Origin: an uncultured Flavobacteriales bacterium
GTDB taxonomy: Bacteria; Bacteroidota; Bacteroidia; Flavobacteriales; UBA1820
Reading direction: 5' to 3'
DNA length: 64,000 bases
Assembly: GCA_959608625.1 (NCBI GenBank)
Contig: CAUHQV010000001.1
Coordinates: 39,783 to 103,782, forward strand
The translations under genes and the position numbers were made by a program. This document shows, piece after piece, positions 44,080 through 53,638 of this stretch. How positions within the stretch are numbered: position 1 is the stretch's first letter; each line of letters begins with the position of its first letter. Under the pieces are notes generated by a model. It saw nothing but the letters and a program-made list of their open reading frames with translations. It was not told where the DNA came from and made no database searches.

Positions 44080-44098
44080 CCGTGTTTGGGTATAAAAT

Positions 44099-45055
44099 TT
44101 ACGTTTTCAGATGGCCTTTCTGTTTCTGAAGGCTGAAATATTTCTGCAGTTTGACAAACGGGTTGTTTTCGCGGTTCTTGTTGAGTATCACCAGGAATAC
44201 GGCGCATATCACCAATACGAACCCCAGCACCGAACGGGAACTGAAACCTTCCCCCAGGCACAGGATCCCCACCACCATGGCGGTAAGCGGTTCGGCCGAT
44301 CCCAGGATGGACGTCACCACCGGCCCGGCATTCTTTACCGCCTTGAGCAGCGCGATATTGGGAATGACGGTGGATAGGACAGCCACACCCGCGATCATCT
44401 TCCACTCGTATGCCGTATTTAGTGGTTGCAGTCCGCCTTCGGCCAGGGTCGTCAGGGCGAACAGGAAAGACCCGATCACGAATATATAGAACATCATGGG
44501 GATACTCTGTACTGTGCTGACCGACGAACGGTTCACGATGATCAGGTACGAGGCGTACCAGAAGATCGTCGATCCCGCCCATATAATGCCCCGCATATCC
44601 AGTGAGCCGTCCGGCGACCAGCACAACAGTGCCACTCCGGCTACGGCCATGAACATAGCCGTGAAGATGGTTTTCGAGCGCCGCTCCTTGAACACGAATA
44701 TCATGATGGCGGTAACGATGACCGGATAGATGAAATGGATGGTCGTGGCCACCCCGCTGGGGATATACATGTAAGAATGCACTAAGCCTGTGCCCGACGC
44801 TACGTACATGGCGGCCAACAGGATCAGGATGAAAAATTGCCGGCGGGTGATACGCAGGTTTATCCGTTTTATGAGCACGAATACCGTCAGGATGACGGCC
44901 GCGAACACGAAACGGTAGAACAGCAGGGAAGATATCGGCAGCCCGGCCCCCATCAGGGGTATCGAAAAGAAAGGGAGGAACCCGAACGTTACCGCTGCAA
45001 ACAGACCGAAGAATATGCCTTTTGCGTTGTCTGTTTTCAGGGGGTTCTTGTACAT
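44099..45055 (-). CDS. EamA/DMT-superfamily permease (RarD-like)
   Basis: Trimmed to MYKNPLKTDNAKGIFFGLFAAVTFGFLPFF. 10 TM. Confidence 0.8.
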   Translation of the reverse strand: MYKNPLKTDNAKGIFFGLFAAVTFGFLPFFSIPLMGAGLPISSLLFYRFVFAAVILTVFVLIKRINLRITRRQFFILILLAAMYVASGTGLVHSYMYIPSGVATTIHFIYPVIVTAIMIFVFKERRSKTIFTAMFMAVAGVALLCWSPDGSLDMRGIIWAGSTIFWYASYLIIVNRSSVSTVQSIPMMFYIFVIGSFLFALTTLAEGGLQPLNTAYEWKMIAGVAVLSTVIPNIALLKAVKNAGPVVTSILGSAEPLTAMVVGILCLGEGFSSRSVLGFVLVICAVFLVILNKNRENNPFVKLQKYFSLQKQKGHLKT

Positions 45056-45091
45056 ACGTTGCGGGAACTGATTTAAGGGCTTTGCCCGGTA

Positions 45092-45099
45092 CAAATTTA
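45092..45099 (-). promoter_or_regulatory. Candidate -7 element TAAATTTG (minus strand) for the RarD-like permease
   Basis: Plus strand CAAATTTA, 37 nt upstream of the ATG at 45055. It lies inside the track's long N-terminal extension. Confidence 0.35.
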
Positions 45100-45248
45100 C
45101 GGAAAATGTGTTAAGTTCCGCGCCGGGTATGCCGGAATTTACGTCCGGGCTGAAATCAAGCGCCCTTACAGCGTGGCAGGTATGTATTTTTTTTATAAAT
45201 TGCAACTTCTTACCGGCGTCCCCGGTCGTAGGAAAAATAAGAGGCAAT

Positions 45249-46313
45249 ATGTTCATAGTCAAATGGGTAGTAAAAGCGATCAATATCCTGTGCGCAATAG
45301 CGTTGGCGGTCGCGTTCATCTGTCCCCATTTTTCACCCCAGACGCTGCCTTATATTTCGACGGTAGGATTTGTGGTGCCGTTTCTGATCATCGTCAATAT
45401 TTTCTTCGTAATACTCTGGGCCGTACGGTTGAATATATTCGTCCTCTATTCGGTTTTCGCGTTGTTGGTGGGGATAGGCCAACTCGGTCATTTTTTCGCG
45501 ATAGGCTCCTCCAGCAAGCCCGATGGCGCCGATACACTCCGTATTGTCAGTTATAACGTGCATGGTTTCAGTTATAAAAAAAGCAAAGGCGACAATCCTG
45601 CGGAAAAAATACACCGCGAGATCGTAAAATACGCACCCGATATCGTTTGTTTTCAGGAATATGCCCCCCGGAAGATAAGCCTTCCCGAATTGAAATACTC
45701 GTATGTGCAGAACCATGGCTGGTTCGGGGACGCTATTTTTTCCCGGTATCCTATTGTGGGGCAGGGGACGCTCAATTTCCAGCGGACGCAGAACAACGCT
45801 ATCTATGCCGATATTTTGCTTCCGGATAAAAAAATCGTGCGGGTCTATAGTGTGCACCTGCAGTCGCTCGGCATTACGGCCGATGAGGTGAACGAGCTCG
45901 CGTCCCTCTCTTCGGACAAACTGAAGAGCCGGGCAAAAGGCCTTTTATGGCGCATAAATTCCGGTTTTGTCCGCCAGCAGGCCCAGGTAGAGGCTGTGCG
46001 GGCCAGTATGGACCGATCGCCGTATCCCTGTATCGTAGCGGGGGATTTCAACAATACGCCGTTCTCCTATTCTTTCCTCAAATTGGAAGGGGATAATATG
46101 GACGACGCCTTTGCGAAGGCCGGTTTCGGCTTGGGGAAGACTTTCCGGGAGATAAAATTGTATCCCTTGCGCATCGATTTTATCCTTTCGGATAAAGAAG
46201 CCTTCAAGGTGAACCGCTTCTCCACTATCCACAGCGATGCCAGCGACCATAACGGGATCACGGCCCTTCTGTCGCTGAAGGATGTAAAAGAAAAACAAGA
46301 AGAAGAACAATAA
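45249..46313 (+). CDS. Membrane-anchored endonuclease/exonuclease/phosphatase (EEP) family protein
   Basis: Trimmed to MFIVKWVVKAINIL. 3-4 N-terminal TM, then LRIVSYNVHGF, IVCFQE, VAGDFNNTP and SDASDHNGI. Confidence 0.8.
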   Translation: MFIVKWVVKAINILCAIALAVAFICPHFSPQTLPYISTVGFVVPFLIIVNIFFVILWAVRLNIFVLYSVFALLVGIGQLGHFFAIGSSSKPDGADTLRIVSYNVHGFSYKKSKGDNPAEKIHREIVKYAPDIVCFQEYAPRKISLPELKYSYVQNHGWFGDAIFSRYPIVGQGTLNFQRTQNNAIYADILLPDKKIVRVYSVHLQSLGITADEVNELASLSSDKLKSRAKGLLWRINSGFVRQQAQVEAVRASMDRSPYPCIVAGDFNNTPFSYSFLKLEGDNMDDAFAKAGFGLGKTFREIKLYPLRIDFILSDKEAFKVNRFSTIHSDASDHNGITALLSLKDVKEKQEEEQ

Positions 46314-46321
46314 CTGTAAAT

Positions 46322-47059
46322 ATGGAAAAAGACAACAACAACGGGTTGCAGATCAGTGAAATAGAACAACAGATACGCCGGGACTTCAAGCCCCATACGT
46401 GGAATGAAATAAAGACCAACGATTCGTGGACCATTTTCAAGGTGATGAGCGAGTTTGTCAGCGGGTTCGACATCATGGCCCGGATCGGGCCCTGCGTATC
46501 CATTTTCGGCTCGGCGCGGATCAAACCCGGTACGAAATATTACAAACTGGCCGAACAGGTCGCTTATAAATTGACGGGCATGGGATTCGGTATCATTACC
46601 GGCGGCGGCCCCGGTATTATGGAGGCAGCCAACAAAGGGGCTTATTTCGGCGGGGGTACTTCATGCGGGATGAACATCGAACTGCCCCACGAACAGAATT
46701 CCAATCCGTTCATCGATAAGGATAAAAATGTGTATTTCAGTCATTTCTTTGTCCGTAAGGTGATGTTCGTCAAGTATGCCCAGGCATTCGTGGTGATGCC
46801 CGGAGGTTTCGGTACGTTGGACGAGTTGTTCGAGGCGCTCACTTTGATACAGACCGGTAAATCGGCTATGTACCCTATCGTGATGGTCGGCACGGAATAC
46901 TGGCAAGGATTGCTCGATTGGATCAAAGAACGCCTGGTGGCCGATGGTATGGCCGCTCCGGACGATTTACACCTGATAAAACTGGTCGATACTCCGGACG
47001 AGGTCATCGAAGCGATCAGCGAGTTCTATGACAAAAAATCCTTCTCGCCCAATTTCTAA
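46322..47059 (+). CDS. LOG-family / TIGR00730 Rossmann-fold nucleotide phosphoribohydrolase
   Basis: GIITGGGPGIMEAANKGA and PGGFGTLDELFEALTLIQTGK. Confidence 0.9.
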   Translation: MEKDNNNGLQISEIEQQIRRDFKPHTWNEIKTNDSWTIFKVMSEFVSGFDIMARIGPCVSIFGSARIKPGTKYYKLAEQVAYKLTGMGFGIITGGGPGIMEAANKGAYFGGGTSCGMNIELPHEQNSNPFIDKDKNVYFSHFFVRKVMFVKYAQAFVVMPGGFGTLDELFEALTLIQTGKSAMYPIVMVGTEYWQGLLDWIKERLVADGMAAPDDLHLIKLVDTPDEVIEAISEFYDKKSFSPNF

Positions 47060-47092
47060 TTTGGAGGGTAATCAATTTAATCGGCAAAAGTC

Positions 47093-47821
47093 ATGCGCAA
47101 AATTTTGGTTTTATTCATTCTGTCGCTCTTTGCCGCGGCTCCCGCCGCGGCGCAGACGGTCTCGCCCCAGCCTGTACGTTATATAGATGTGACGGGCAAT
47201 TCGGAAATAGAGGTCGAACCGGATGAAATCATCCTTTCGATCCGGATAAAGGAATATTGGGAGGAAGAATTTGCCCGCAAGGCCAAGCCCGAAGATTATA
47301 AAACGAAAGTTCCGTTGGAGCGCATCGAAAAAGACCTTACTGCCGCTTTGGTCCGTTCAGGCGTGAAGAAAGAGGATATATCGGTGCAGGGCATAGGGGA
47401 TTCCTGGCGCGAACAGGGCCGGGATTTTCTGGTGGGCAAACAATTCCAGGTACGGGTATACAATTTTGGAACGGTCAATGCGATAGTCCGCAATGTCGGT
47501 ACGCGCGGTATCGAATATATGAATATTGCCGAGTTGAAAAACAAGGATATCGCCCGTTACCGGGAGAAAGGCAAGATCGAGGCGCTGAAAGCGGCCCGCT
47601 ACAAAGCCGGATACCTTCTGGAGGCCTTGGGAAAGAAAGTAGGCGAAGTGATAGCCGTGGAAGAACCTAATGAGAGTGGGTTTTACGGGGCTCCACAATA
47701 TAAGCAGAGCAATGTAATGCTCGAAGAAGCCGCCGCCGATACGGGTGGCGGGAATATGGCCGATGTAGTCAAGATCAAGCTCAGCTACCAGATGCGGGCC
47801 CGTTTCCAGATCGCCGACTAG
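47093..47821 (+). CDS. SIMPL (DUF541) domain periplasmic protein
   Basis: Signal peptide. IDVTGNSEIEVEPDEIILSI start and a VKIKLSYQMRARFQI end, typical of SIMPL. Confidence 0.8.
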   Translation: MRKILVLFILSLFAAAPAAAQTVSPQPVRYIDVTGNSEIEVEPDEIILSIRIKEYWEEEFARKAKPEDYKTKVPLERIEKDLTAALVRSGVKKEDISVQGIGDSWREQGRDFLVGKQFQVRVYNFGTVNAIVRNVGTRGIEYMNIAELKNKDIARYREKGKIEALKAARYKAGYLLEALGKKVGEVIAVEEPNESGFYGAPQYKQSNVMLEEAAADTGGGNMADVVKIKLSYQMRARFQIAD

Positions 47822-47900
47822 ACCGGGTGTCCCCGGTGGACAAAAAGGGACGGTAAAAACGAAAATACTAAACTAAAAAATAGGGCCGAAGCCCGGATTT

Positions 47901-49424
47901 ATGCAGAACAAAGTCCTCATACTCGATTTCGGATCGCAGTACACGCAGTTGATCGCACGCCGCGTGCGCGAACTCAACATTTATTGTGAGATACACCCGT
48001 TCAACAAATTGCCGGACGTGTCCGGCTACGGGGCCGTTATCCTGAGCGGGAGCCCTTATTCGGTGCGCCAGCCCGACGCCCCCCAGATAGATCTGGGGAT
48101 ATGCGGCAAAATGCCGCTGTTGGGCGTATGTTACGGGGCGCAATATATGGCACAAAAATACGGCGGGGAGGTAATGCCCAGCCAGGTGAGGGAATACGGC
48201 CGGGCCAATATCGTCAAGATAGACGCCTCGGATCCGCTGTTGAAGGACATCCCGGTGGGGACGCAGGTATGGATGAGCCATGGGGATACGATCAAAACCC
48301 TTCCTTCAGGCTTCCGGATCGTCGCTTCCACGGCCGATGTGTCCGTAGCGGCCTACCATGTGGACGGCGAGGATACGTACGGTATCCAGTTCCACCCCGA
48401 GGTGTACCATTCCGAACACGGCATGCAACTGCTCCGCAATTTTTTGGTCGGTGTAGCGGGTTTGAGACAGGATTGGACGCCGGATTCTTTTGTGGAAAGC
48501 ACGGTGCGGGCGCTCAAGGAGACCGTAGGCAACGACCGGGTCGTGCTGGGACTTTCCGGAGGTGTGGATTCGACCGTGGCGGGCGTACTGCTGTCCAGGG
48601 CGATAGGCGACAACCTCACCTGTATTTTCGTCAATAACGGTCTGCTGCGCAAGAACGAGTTCGACAGCGTACTGGCCCAATACAAGGATATGGGCCTGAA
48701 CATAATAGGAGTCGACGCTTCTCAGCGCTTTTACAAGGCCTTGGCCGGGGTGACCGATCCTGAAAAGAAACGCAAGGCCATCGGCGCGGCGTTCATCGAA
48801 GTGTTCGATGCCGAGGCTGCCAAGATAAAAGATGCCAAATGGCTGGCGCAGGGTACGATCTATCCCGACGTGATAGAATCGTGCTCCGTAAAAGGCCCTT
48901 CGGCTACCATTAAAAGCCACCACAATGTAGGCGGCCTTCCCGATTACATGAAACTGAAAGTAGTCGAACCGCTCCGCACTCTGTTCAAGGACGAGGTGCG
49001 CCGGGTGGGGGCTACCCTGGGCATTTCCGACGAACTCCTCTCCCGCCACCCGTTCCCGGGGCCGGGGTTGGCCATCCGGATATTGGGCGATATCACGCCT
49101 GAAAAAGTGCAGATCCTCCAGGAAGTGGACGATATCTTTATTTCATCCCTACGCCAGTGGGACCTTTACAAAAAGGTATGGCAGGCCGGGGCTATCCTGC
49201 TCCCGATACAGTCGGTGGGCGTGATGGGTGACGAACGTACCTACGAACGGGTAGTGGCCCTGCGCGCCGTCGGTTCTACCGATGGAATGACGGCCGACTG
49301 GTCGCATCTGCCCTATGAGTTCCTGGCCAAGGTATCCAACGATATCATCAACAAAGTAAAAGGGGTAAACCGCGTGGTGTACGATATCAGTTCCAAGCCG
49401 CCGGCCACCATCGAATGGGAGTAA
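47901..49424 (+). CDS. guaA: GMP synthase (glutamine-hydrolysing)
   Basis: [46 protein letters not shown], and the terminal PPATIEWE. Confidence 0.95.
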   Translation: MQNKVLILDFGSQYTQLIARRVRELNIYCEIHPFNKLPDVSGYGAVILSGSPYSVRQPDAPQIDLGICGKMPLLGVCYGAQYMAQKYGGEVMPSQVREYGRANIVKIDASDPLLKDIPVGTQVWMSHGDTIKTLPSGFRIVASTADVSVAAYHVDGEDTYGIQFHPEVYHSEHGMQLLRNFLVGVAGLRQDWTPDSFVESTVRALKETVGNDRVVLGLSGGVDSTVAGVLLSRAIGDNLTCIFVNNGLLRKNEFDSVLAQYKDMGLNIIGVDASQRFYKALAGVTDPEKKRKAIGAAFIEVFDAEAAKIKDAKWLAQGTIYPDVIESCSVKGPSATIKSHHNVGGLPDYMKLKVVEPLRTLFKDEVRRVGATLGISDELLSRHPFPGPGLAIRILGDITPEKVQILQEVDDIFISSLRQWDLYKKVWQAGAILLPIQSVGVMGDERTYERVVALRAVGSTDGMTADWSHLPYEFLAKVSNDIINKVKGVNRVVYDISSKPPATIEWE

Positions 49425-49438
49425 AACGACTGGTATAA

Positions 49439-49702
49439 ATGGAAACACAATATCCGGATCAAACCGGGCGCTGCCGCAAAGCGCGCCTCCGCGGCGATAG
49501 CGGGAAAGCCAACCCTCTTTCTTTGGGTATAGGTATGGGGATGCTTTGGGGAGTGGTTTTAGGGGTAGCTCTGGATAATTTAGCCCTCGGACTGTCTGTC
49601 GGCATAAGCTTAGGTGTGGCTTTTTCAATTCTTGTAAAAAAGAAAAAGGAGAAGGACGCGGCACTCCACGGGCGGCATGCCGGAGAGAAAAAGGAAGAAT
49701 AG
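49439..49702 (+). CDS. Possible small Gly-zipper membrane protein (87 aa or shorter)
   Basis: Hydrophobic core GIGMGMLWGVVLGVALDNLALGLSVGISLGVAFSILV followed by a KKKKEKD tail. No family recognised. Internal starts are possible. Confidence 0.35.
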   Translation: METQYPDQTGRCRKARLRGDSGKANPLSLGIGMGMLWGVVLGVALDNLALGLSVGISLGVAFSILVKKKKEKDAALHGRHAGEKKEE

Positions 49703-49721
49703 AAAAAACATATAACGAAAT

Positions 49722-51530
49722 ATGCCAATATTTTTCAAGAGAGCCATAGCCGTTCTGGTCTTGGCAGCGTTCTCCCTGCCGGCAAATGCCCAGGCGGTGG
49801 AGACATACCGGGCGAAAAAAAGCGACACGATGCAGACCATCGCCGATCGGGTCGGTATGACGGTGGACGAACTTTTAGAATACAATAAGGAATATAAAGG
49901 CCGCGAGGTAAAAGCGCGCGACATTCTGGTGGTGCCGTCTAAAAAAGAGCGGAAGGAGCGGGAACGGCAGAAAGCGCTGGCTGCCCTGAATCCGCAGCCC
50001 GCTGTTCCCGAGCCTCCCAAACCGGTCGAATTCACTACCCATGTAGTGGTTCCCAAGGAAACGGTATACGGAATATCCCGGCAGTGGGGCATCACCCAGG
50101 ATATGCTCAAAGAATACAATCCGGAACTCAAGACCTCCGTACTCAAAATAGGGATGGAGCTGCGTATACCGGTGGTAAGTGTGGAGGATAAAGTGCTGGA
50201 ACCGACACAAACCCAGGTCCAAATTCAAACTCAGGCTCAAACACAGGGGCGCTCTCAGGCTATTACGCCTTCCGGACAGGTAACGAACAGGCCGGGCCGG
50301 CAGGATCAATTCCGACCCGAGACCCGCCCGCAGGGTCAGGAAAGGCCCCGCGATACCGTGCAGTCCTCTTCGTGGGTGGTGGGGGTCGATACGGTACGGC
50401 ACGATCTGCCGGCCGCTACCCCGGCTGCCGAACAACTCGACGTCAAACGTTTCCTGAAAGTAGACGTCATGCTTCCTTTTTACCTGGACAGGGCCGATTC
50501 GCTGATCGGGGCCCCGCCGGCCAAGCGCCTGGCGGATTCCCAGGTCGCTTTGAGCTTTTATATGGGGGTGAAAATGGCCCTCGATTCGCTGGCCGGGCAG
50601 GGATTGGTCGCCGATGTGCGGGTGTTCGATACCCGGCGGGATACAGTGGCGGTAGACAGCCTGATGAGGGCGAACGACTTTTCACAGACCGACGTAATTA
50701 TAGGCCCGTTGTTTGCGGAAATAGTGGAACGCGTGGCCCGGAATCTGGATGGAAAGAAAGCGATCGTCGTGTCACCGTTCTCCACCAAGCACAATGTGGT
50801 GGGCTCCTTCAATATCCTCCAGGTGTCCGCTTCGGCCGAAGACCTTCAGGATGCGATGCTCGGTTATATGAAAGACAATATGGCCTCCCCCCAGCATATC
50901 GTTATCGTGGCTTCGTCCACCCAGCAGGCCGTGCAAATAGAAAAGATTAAGCGAGCCTTGTCTTCCGTAGCCGGCTCCTCCGGTATTGCGGTACTCGATA
51001 CGGATCTGGGGGAGAATGCCCGCCGTTTGGGGGAAATGATCAAGCAAGGAGTTCCGATGTCCCTGGTAGTACCGGCCCTTACCTCGTCCACGACCGTGGA
51101 GGTGCTTCAGGCCGTGGAACAGTCCAACCGGCTGGACGAAGTGGACGTCTATGGTTTTGAAGCGGATACCCGCGCCAAAAAACTCATGGAGGATACCCGG
51201 GGGCAGGCTGCGTCGCGCGCCCGTTTCATCTATGCCGAGCGCCATTTTGAGAATACGGGCAAGGCGCAGTATCATGATTTTGTCCGCAGTTTCCGCAAGC
51301 GTTACCGCGAGGTTCCGGGTACGTATTCACTTTCCGGTTTCGACGTGACGTACGACCTGCTGACCCGTATGGCGGTAGAGCCCGACAACGAGAAAGCGAT
51401 CACATCCCATCCCAGCGAACAGGTAGCCGACCGTTTCCGGTTCATCAAATACCTCGGGGGGGGATATATCAATACCGACGTATATATCCTGATGTACGAC
51501 GCCCGGCACGGTACGGTGCTGTTGTACTGA
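49722..51530 (+). CDS. LysM x2 plus type-1 periplasmic-binding-protein fusion
   Basis: Signal peptide. Two LysM repeats (YRAKKSDTMQTIADRVGMTVDELLEYN and HVVVPKETVYGISRQWGITQDMLKEYN). A TQ/PQ-rich linker. PBP1-like alpha/beta region. Confidence 0.8.
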   Translation: MPIFFKRAIAVLVLAAFSLPANAQAVETYRAKKSDTMQTIADRVGMTVDELLEYNKEYKGREVKARDILVVPSKKERKERERQKALAALNPQPAVPEPPKPVEFTTHVVVPKETVYGISRQWGITQDMLKEYNPELKTSVLKIGMELRIPVVSVEDKVLEPTQTQVQIQTQAQTQGRSQAITPSGQVTNRPGRQDQFRPETRPQGQERPRDTVQSSSWVVGVDTVRHDLPAATPAAEQLDVKRFLKVDVMLPFYLDRADSLIGAPPAKRLADSQVALSFYMGVKMALDSLAGQGLVADVRVFDTRRDTVAVDSLMRANDFSQTDVIIGPLFAEIVERVARNLDGKKAIVVSPFSTKHNVVGSFNILQVSASAEDLQDAMLGYMKDNMASPQHIVIVASSTQQAVQIEKIKRALSSVAGSSGIAVLDTDLGENARRLGEMIKQGVPMSLVVPALTSSTTVEVLQAVEQSNRLDEVDVYGFEADTRAKKLMEDTRGQAASRARFIYAERHFENTGKAQYHDFVRSFRKRYREVPGTYSLSGFDVTYDLLTRMAVEPDNEKAITSHPSEQVADRFRFIKYLGGGYINTDVYILMYDARHGTVLLY

Positions 51531-51553
51531 GGGATTCCTGACAAATAAAAACT

Positions 51554-52933
51554 ATGAACGCACTGAATTTCCTAACCACTCGGGATACGGTGTGGGCGCG
51601 GGAGAAGTTCCGCGTATTCCTGCTCCTGTGGTTCGTGCTCAGCTATGTCCAGGGGGTCTTTTCCGGACTCAACGAGGATGAGCCTTACTATTATATGTAT
51701 GCCATGTTCCCGGCGTGGGGGTATTTCGACCATCCGCCTATGGTGGGGACTTTTGCGTTGCTGGGCATCAAGATGTTCGGCAAGGTGCTGGGATTCCGCC
51801 TGTTCTCGGCTATTTCTTCGACCCTGTTCCTGTATGCGGTGTGGCGCATCATCGAGTTCAAAGACAAGTATAAATACGTCAATGTGTTCATCCTGCTCGC
51901 GCTGTCCATTCCGATGGTCAGTGTGTATGGATTTATTCTCGTGCCGGACGGCCCGCTGCTGTTCTTCGCTTCGTTGTTCCTGCTGGCCTACCGGTGGTTT
52001 TTGAAAAGTGAAAACGTCCTTAAAGCGGTACTGCTCGGGATTTTGGCGGCTGCGATGCTGTACAGCAAATACCACGGGGTACTCGTGCTGTTCTTTGTCG
52101 TACTGGCCAATCTGAAGCTTCTGCGCAACAAATATTTTTATGTGGCGCTGGTCACGGCCCTAATTCTTTTTATCCCGCATATCGTATGGCAGGTGGAAAA
52201 CGGATTCCCGTCGCTCACTTACCATTTGTATGAACGGACAGCGACCAAGGCCTATAAATTCCAGTATACCTGGGAGTATCCGCTCAACCAACTGGCCGTA
52301 TTCGGCCCTTTCCTGTTCCCGGTCATGATAGCGGCCGTGGTGAAGGGCGGGAAAATAAAGACCCCACTGGCCCGTACGATGAGGTTCCTGTTCTGGGGAT
52401 TCCTGATATTTTTCTTTTTTATGACATTCAAAGGACATGTGGAGCCGCACTGGACGGTAGTGGCCATCATTCCCGCCATTTATTTCACGTTCCACTACGT
52501 GCTGCGCAGCGAAGGAAAGGCGCGTTATTTTGTCATCGCTTCGCTCGTGTCGGCGGCCCTGCTATTTGTGATACGTATTGCGTTTTTCATTCCTTCGCTC
52601 GATACGCCGTACCACCACCAGAAAGAGTGGGCGGCCAGTATCCACGAGGTGGCAGGAGATGCGCCCGTCCTGTTCCGCGACAGTTACCAGAAAGCCTCGA
52701 TGTATGCCTATTATACCAACGAGCCTTCGCTCAGCGCCCGGACTCCCGGGGGGCGGCGCAACCAATATGATATATTCCCCATCAAGGACCGGATACTCGG
52801 CCGGCGGGTGCTGTACCTGGACGGGGAAAGCGATGAGGTGATCATCCGGGTCGGGAAGAAAGAACTGCGCGGCCGTTGGATAGACCCGTATGTGCCGGAC
52901 AGTATTGCCGTAAAGCCCCCTGTAAAGCCATGA
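51554..52933 (+). CDS. Glycosyltransferase family 39 (ArnT/PMT-like, GT-C) membrane protein
   Basis: 459 aa. Multi-TM. First-loop DEPYYYMYA acidic motif. Soluble C-terminal domain. Confidence 0.8.
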   Translation: MNALNFLTTRDTVWAREKFRVFLLLWFVLSYVQGVFSGLNEDEPYYYMYAMFPAWGYFDHPPMVGTFALLGIKMFGKVLGFRLFSAISSTLFLYAVWRIIEFKDKYKYVNVFILLALSIPMVSVYGFILVPDGPLLFFASLFLLAYRWFLKSENVLKAVLLGILAAAMLYSKYHGVLVLFFVVLANLKLLRNKYFYVALVTALILFIPHIVWQVENGFPSLTYHLYERTATKAYKFQYTWEYPLNQLAVFGPFLFPVMIAAVVKGGKIKTPLARTMRFLFWGFLIFFFFMTFKGHVEPHWTVVAIIPAIYFTFHYVLRSEGKARYFVIASLVSAALLFVIRIAFFIPSLDTPYHHQKEWAASIHEVAGDAPVLFRDSYQKASMYAYYTNEPSLSARTPGGRRNQYDIFPIKDRILGRRVLYLDGESDEVIIRVGKKELRGRWIDPYVPDSIAVKPPVKP

Positions 52934-53592
52934 TGGAGATCGTCCGCGCCGAAGGGGAAAGCTCGCCGCTGTTTTTCGTGCTGCTGGCCGGGTTTGCATT
53001 CGTCGTATTGCTCGAATATATGTACCCCGAACTCTTCCGGCGCGATACGCGGCATCTGTTTTATTTTTCCGGCCTTAATTCCGAGCAGCGCAATACGCGC
53101 ACCTATACGGCCTACCAAGTGTTGAGTGTGGTGCTGTTTGCTTTCACTTTTTCGGTATTTTTTTCGACGTACCTAAAAGAAAATTACCTTGGAGAAGGTT
53201 TTTCAGTGCCGTTTATGGCGTTAGTGTTTGCCGGTGCGTTGATCTATTTGTTTTTCAGATATTTGACAGACATGATTCTGGCGTGGTTGTTTGACATGCG
53301 CGCTTTTGCTCAGGTTGCTATTGAAAAAGGAGTGGCGATGCGGCTGGCTTTTGGGGTGTATGGGTTGGCTGTATTCTTTTTGTGTACCTATTCGGGATTT
53401 TCGGCCGCCCGTTTTGGCGATAATTTATTGTTGTGGGGCTTTGTTTTCTATATTGTAATATACCTGGCCGTGATGGTTGAGTATTTACTGAAAAATGCAG
53501 GTTATTTTTTCTATTTTATTTTTTATCTTTGCATCGTTGAAATTTGCCCAGCCCTAATCGCCTGGAATATACTGAAACAGGTATTGGTCTGA
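52930..53592 (+). CDS. DUF4271-like polytopic membrane protein
   Basis: Trimmed to MMEIVRAEG (ATGA overlap with the GT39 stop). 5-6 TM. The position before hemD matches the Bacteroidetes arrangement I recall. Confidence 0.7.
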   Translation: MMEIVRAEGESSPLFFVLLAGFAFVVLLEYMYPELFRRDTRHLFYFSGLNSEQRNTRTYTAYQVLSVVLFAFTFSVFFSTYLKENYLGEGFSVPFMALVFAGALIYLFFRYLTDMILAWLFDMRAFAQVAIEKGVAMRLAFGVYGLAVFFLCTYSGFSAARFGDNLLLWGFVFYIVIYLAVMVEYLLKNAGYFFYFIFYLCIVEICPALIAWNILKQVLV

Positions 53593-53638
53593 GCAAAAAA
53601 AATCATTTGCCTGCCCGGCAGCGCAATTCTAACAGAAC

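Noticed and set aside
50200-50350. Tandem DNA repeat within the LysM gene (CAAACCCAGGTCCAAATTCAAACTCAGGCTCAAACACAG).
   Set aside because: It is an in-frame low-complexity Thr/Gln/Pro linker (TQTQVQIQTQAQTQ), not a structured repeat array. There is no spacer-repeat periodicity.
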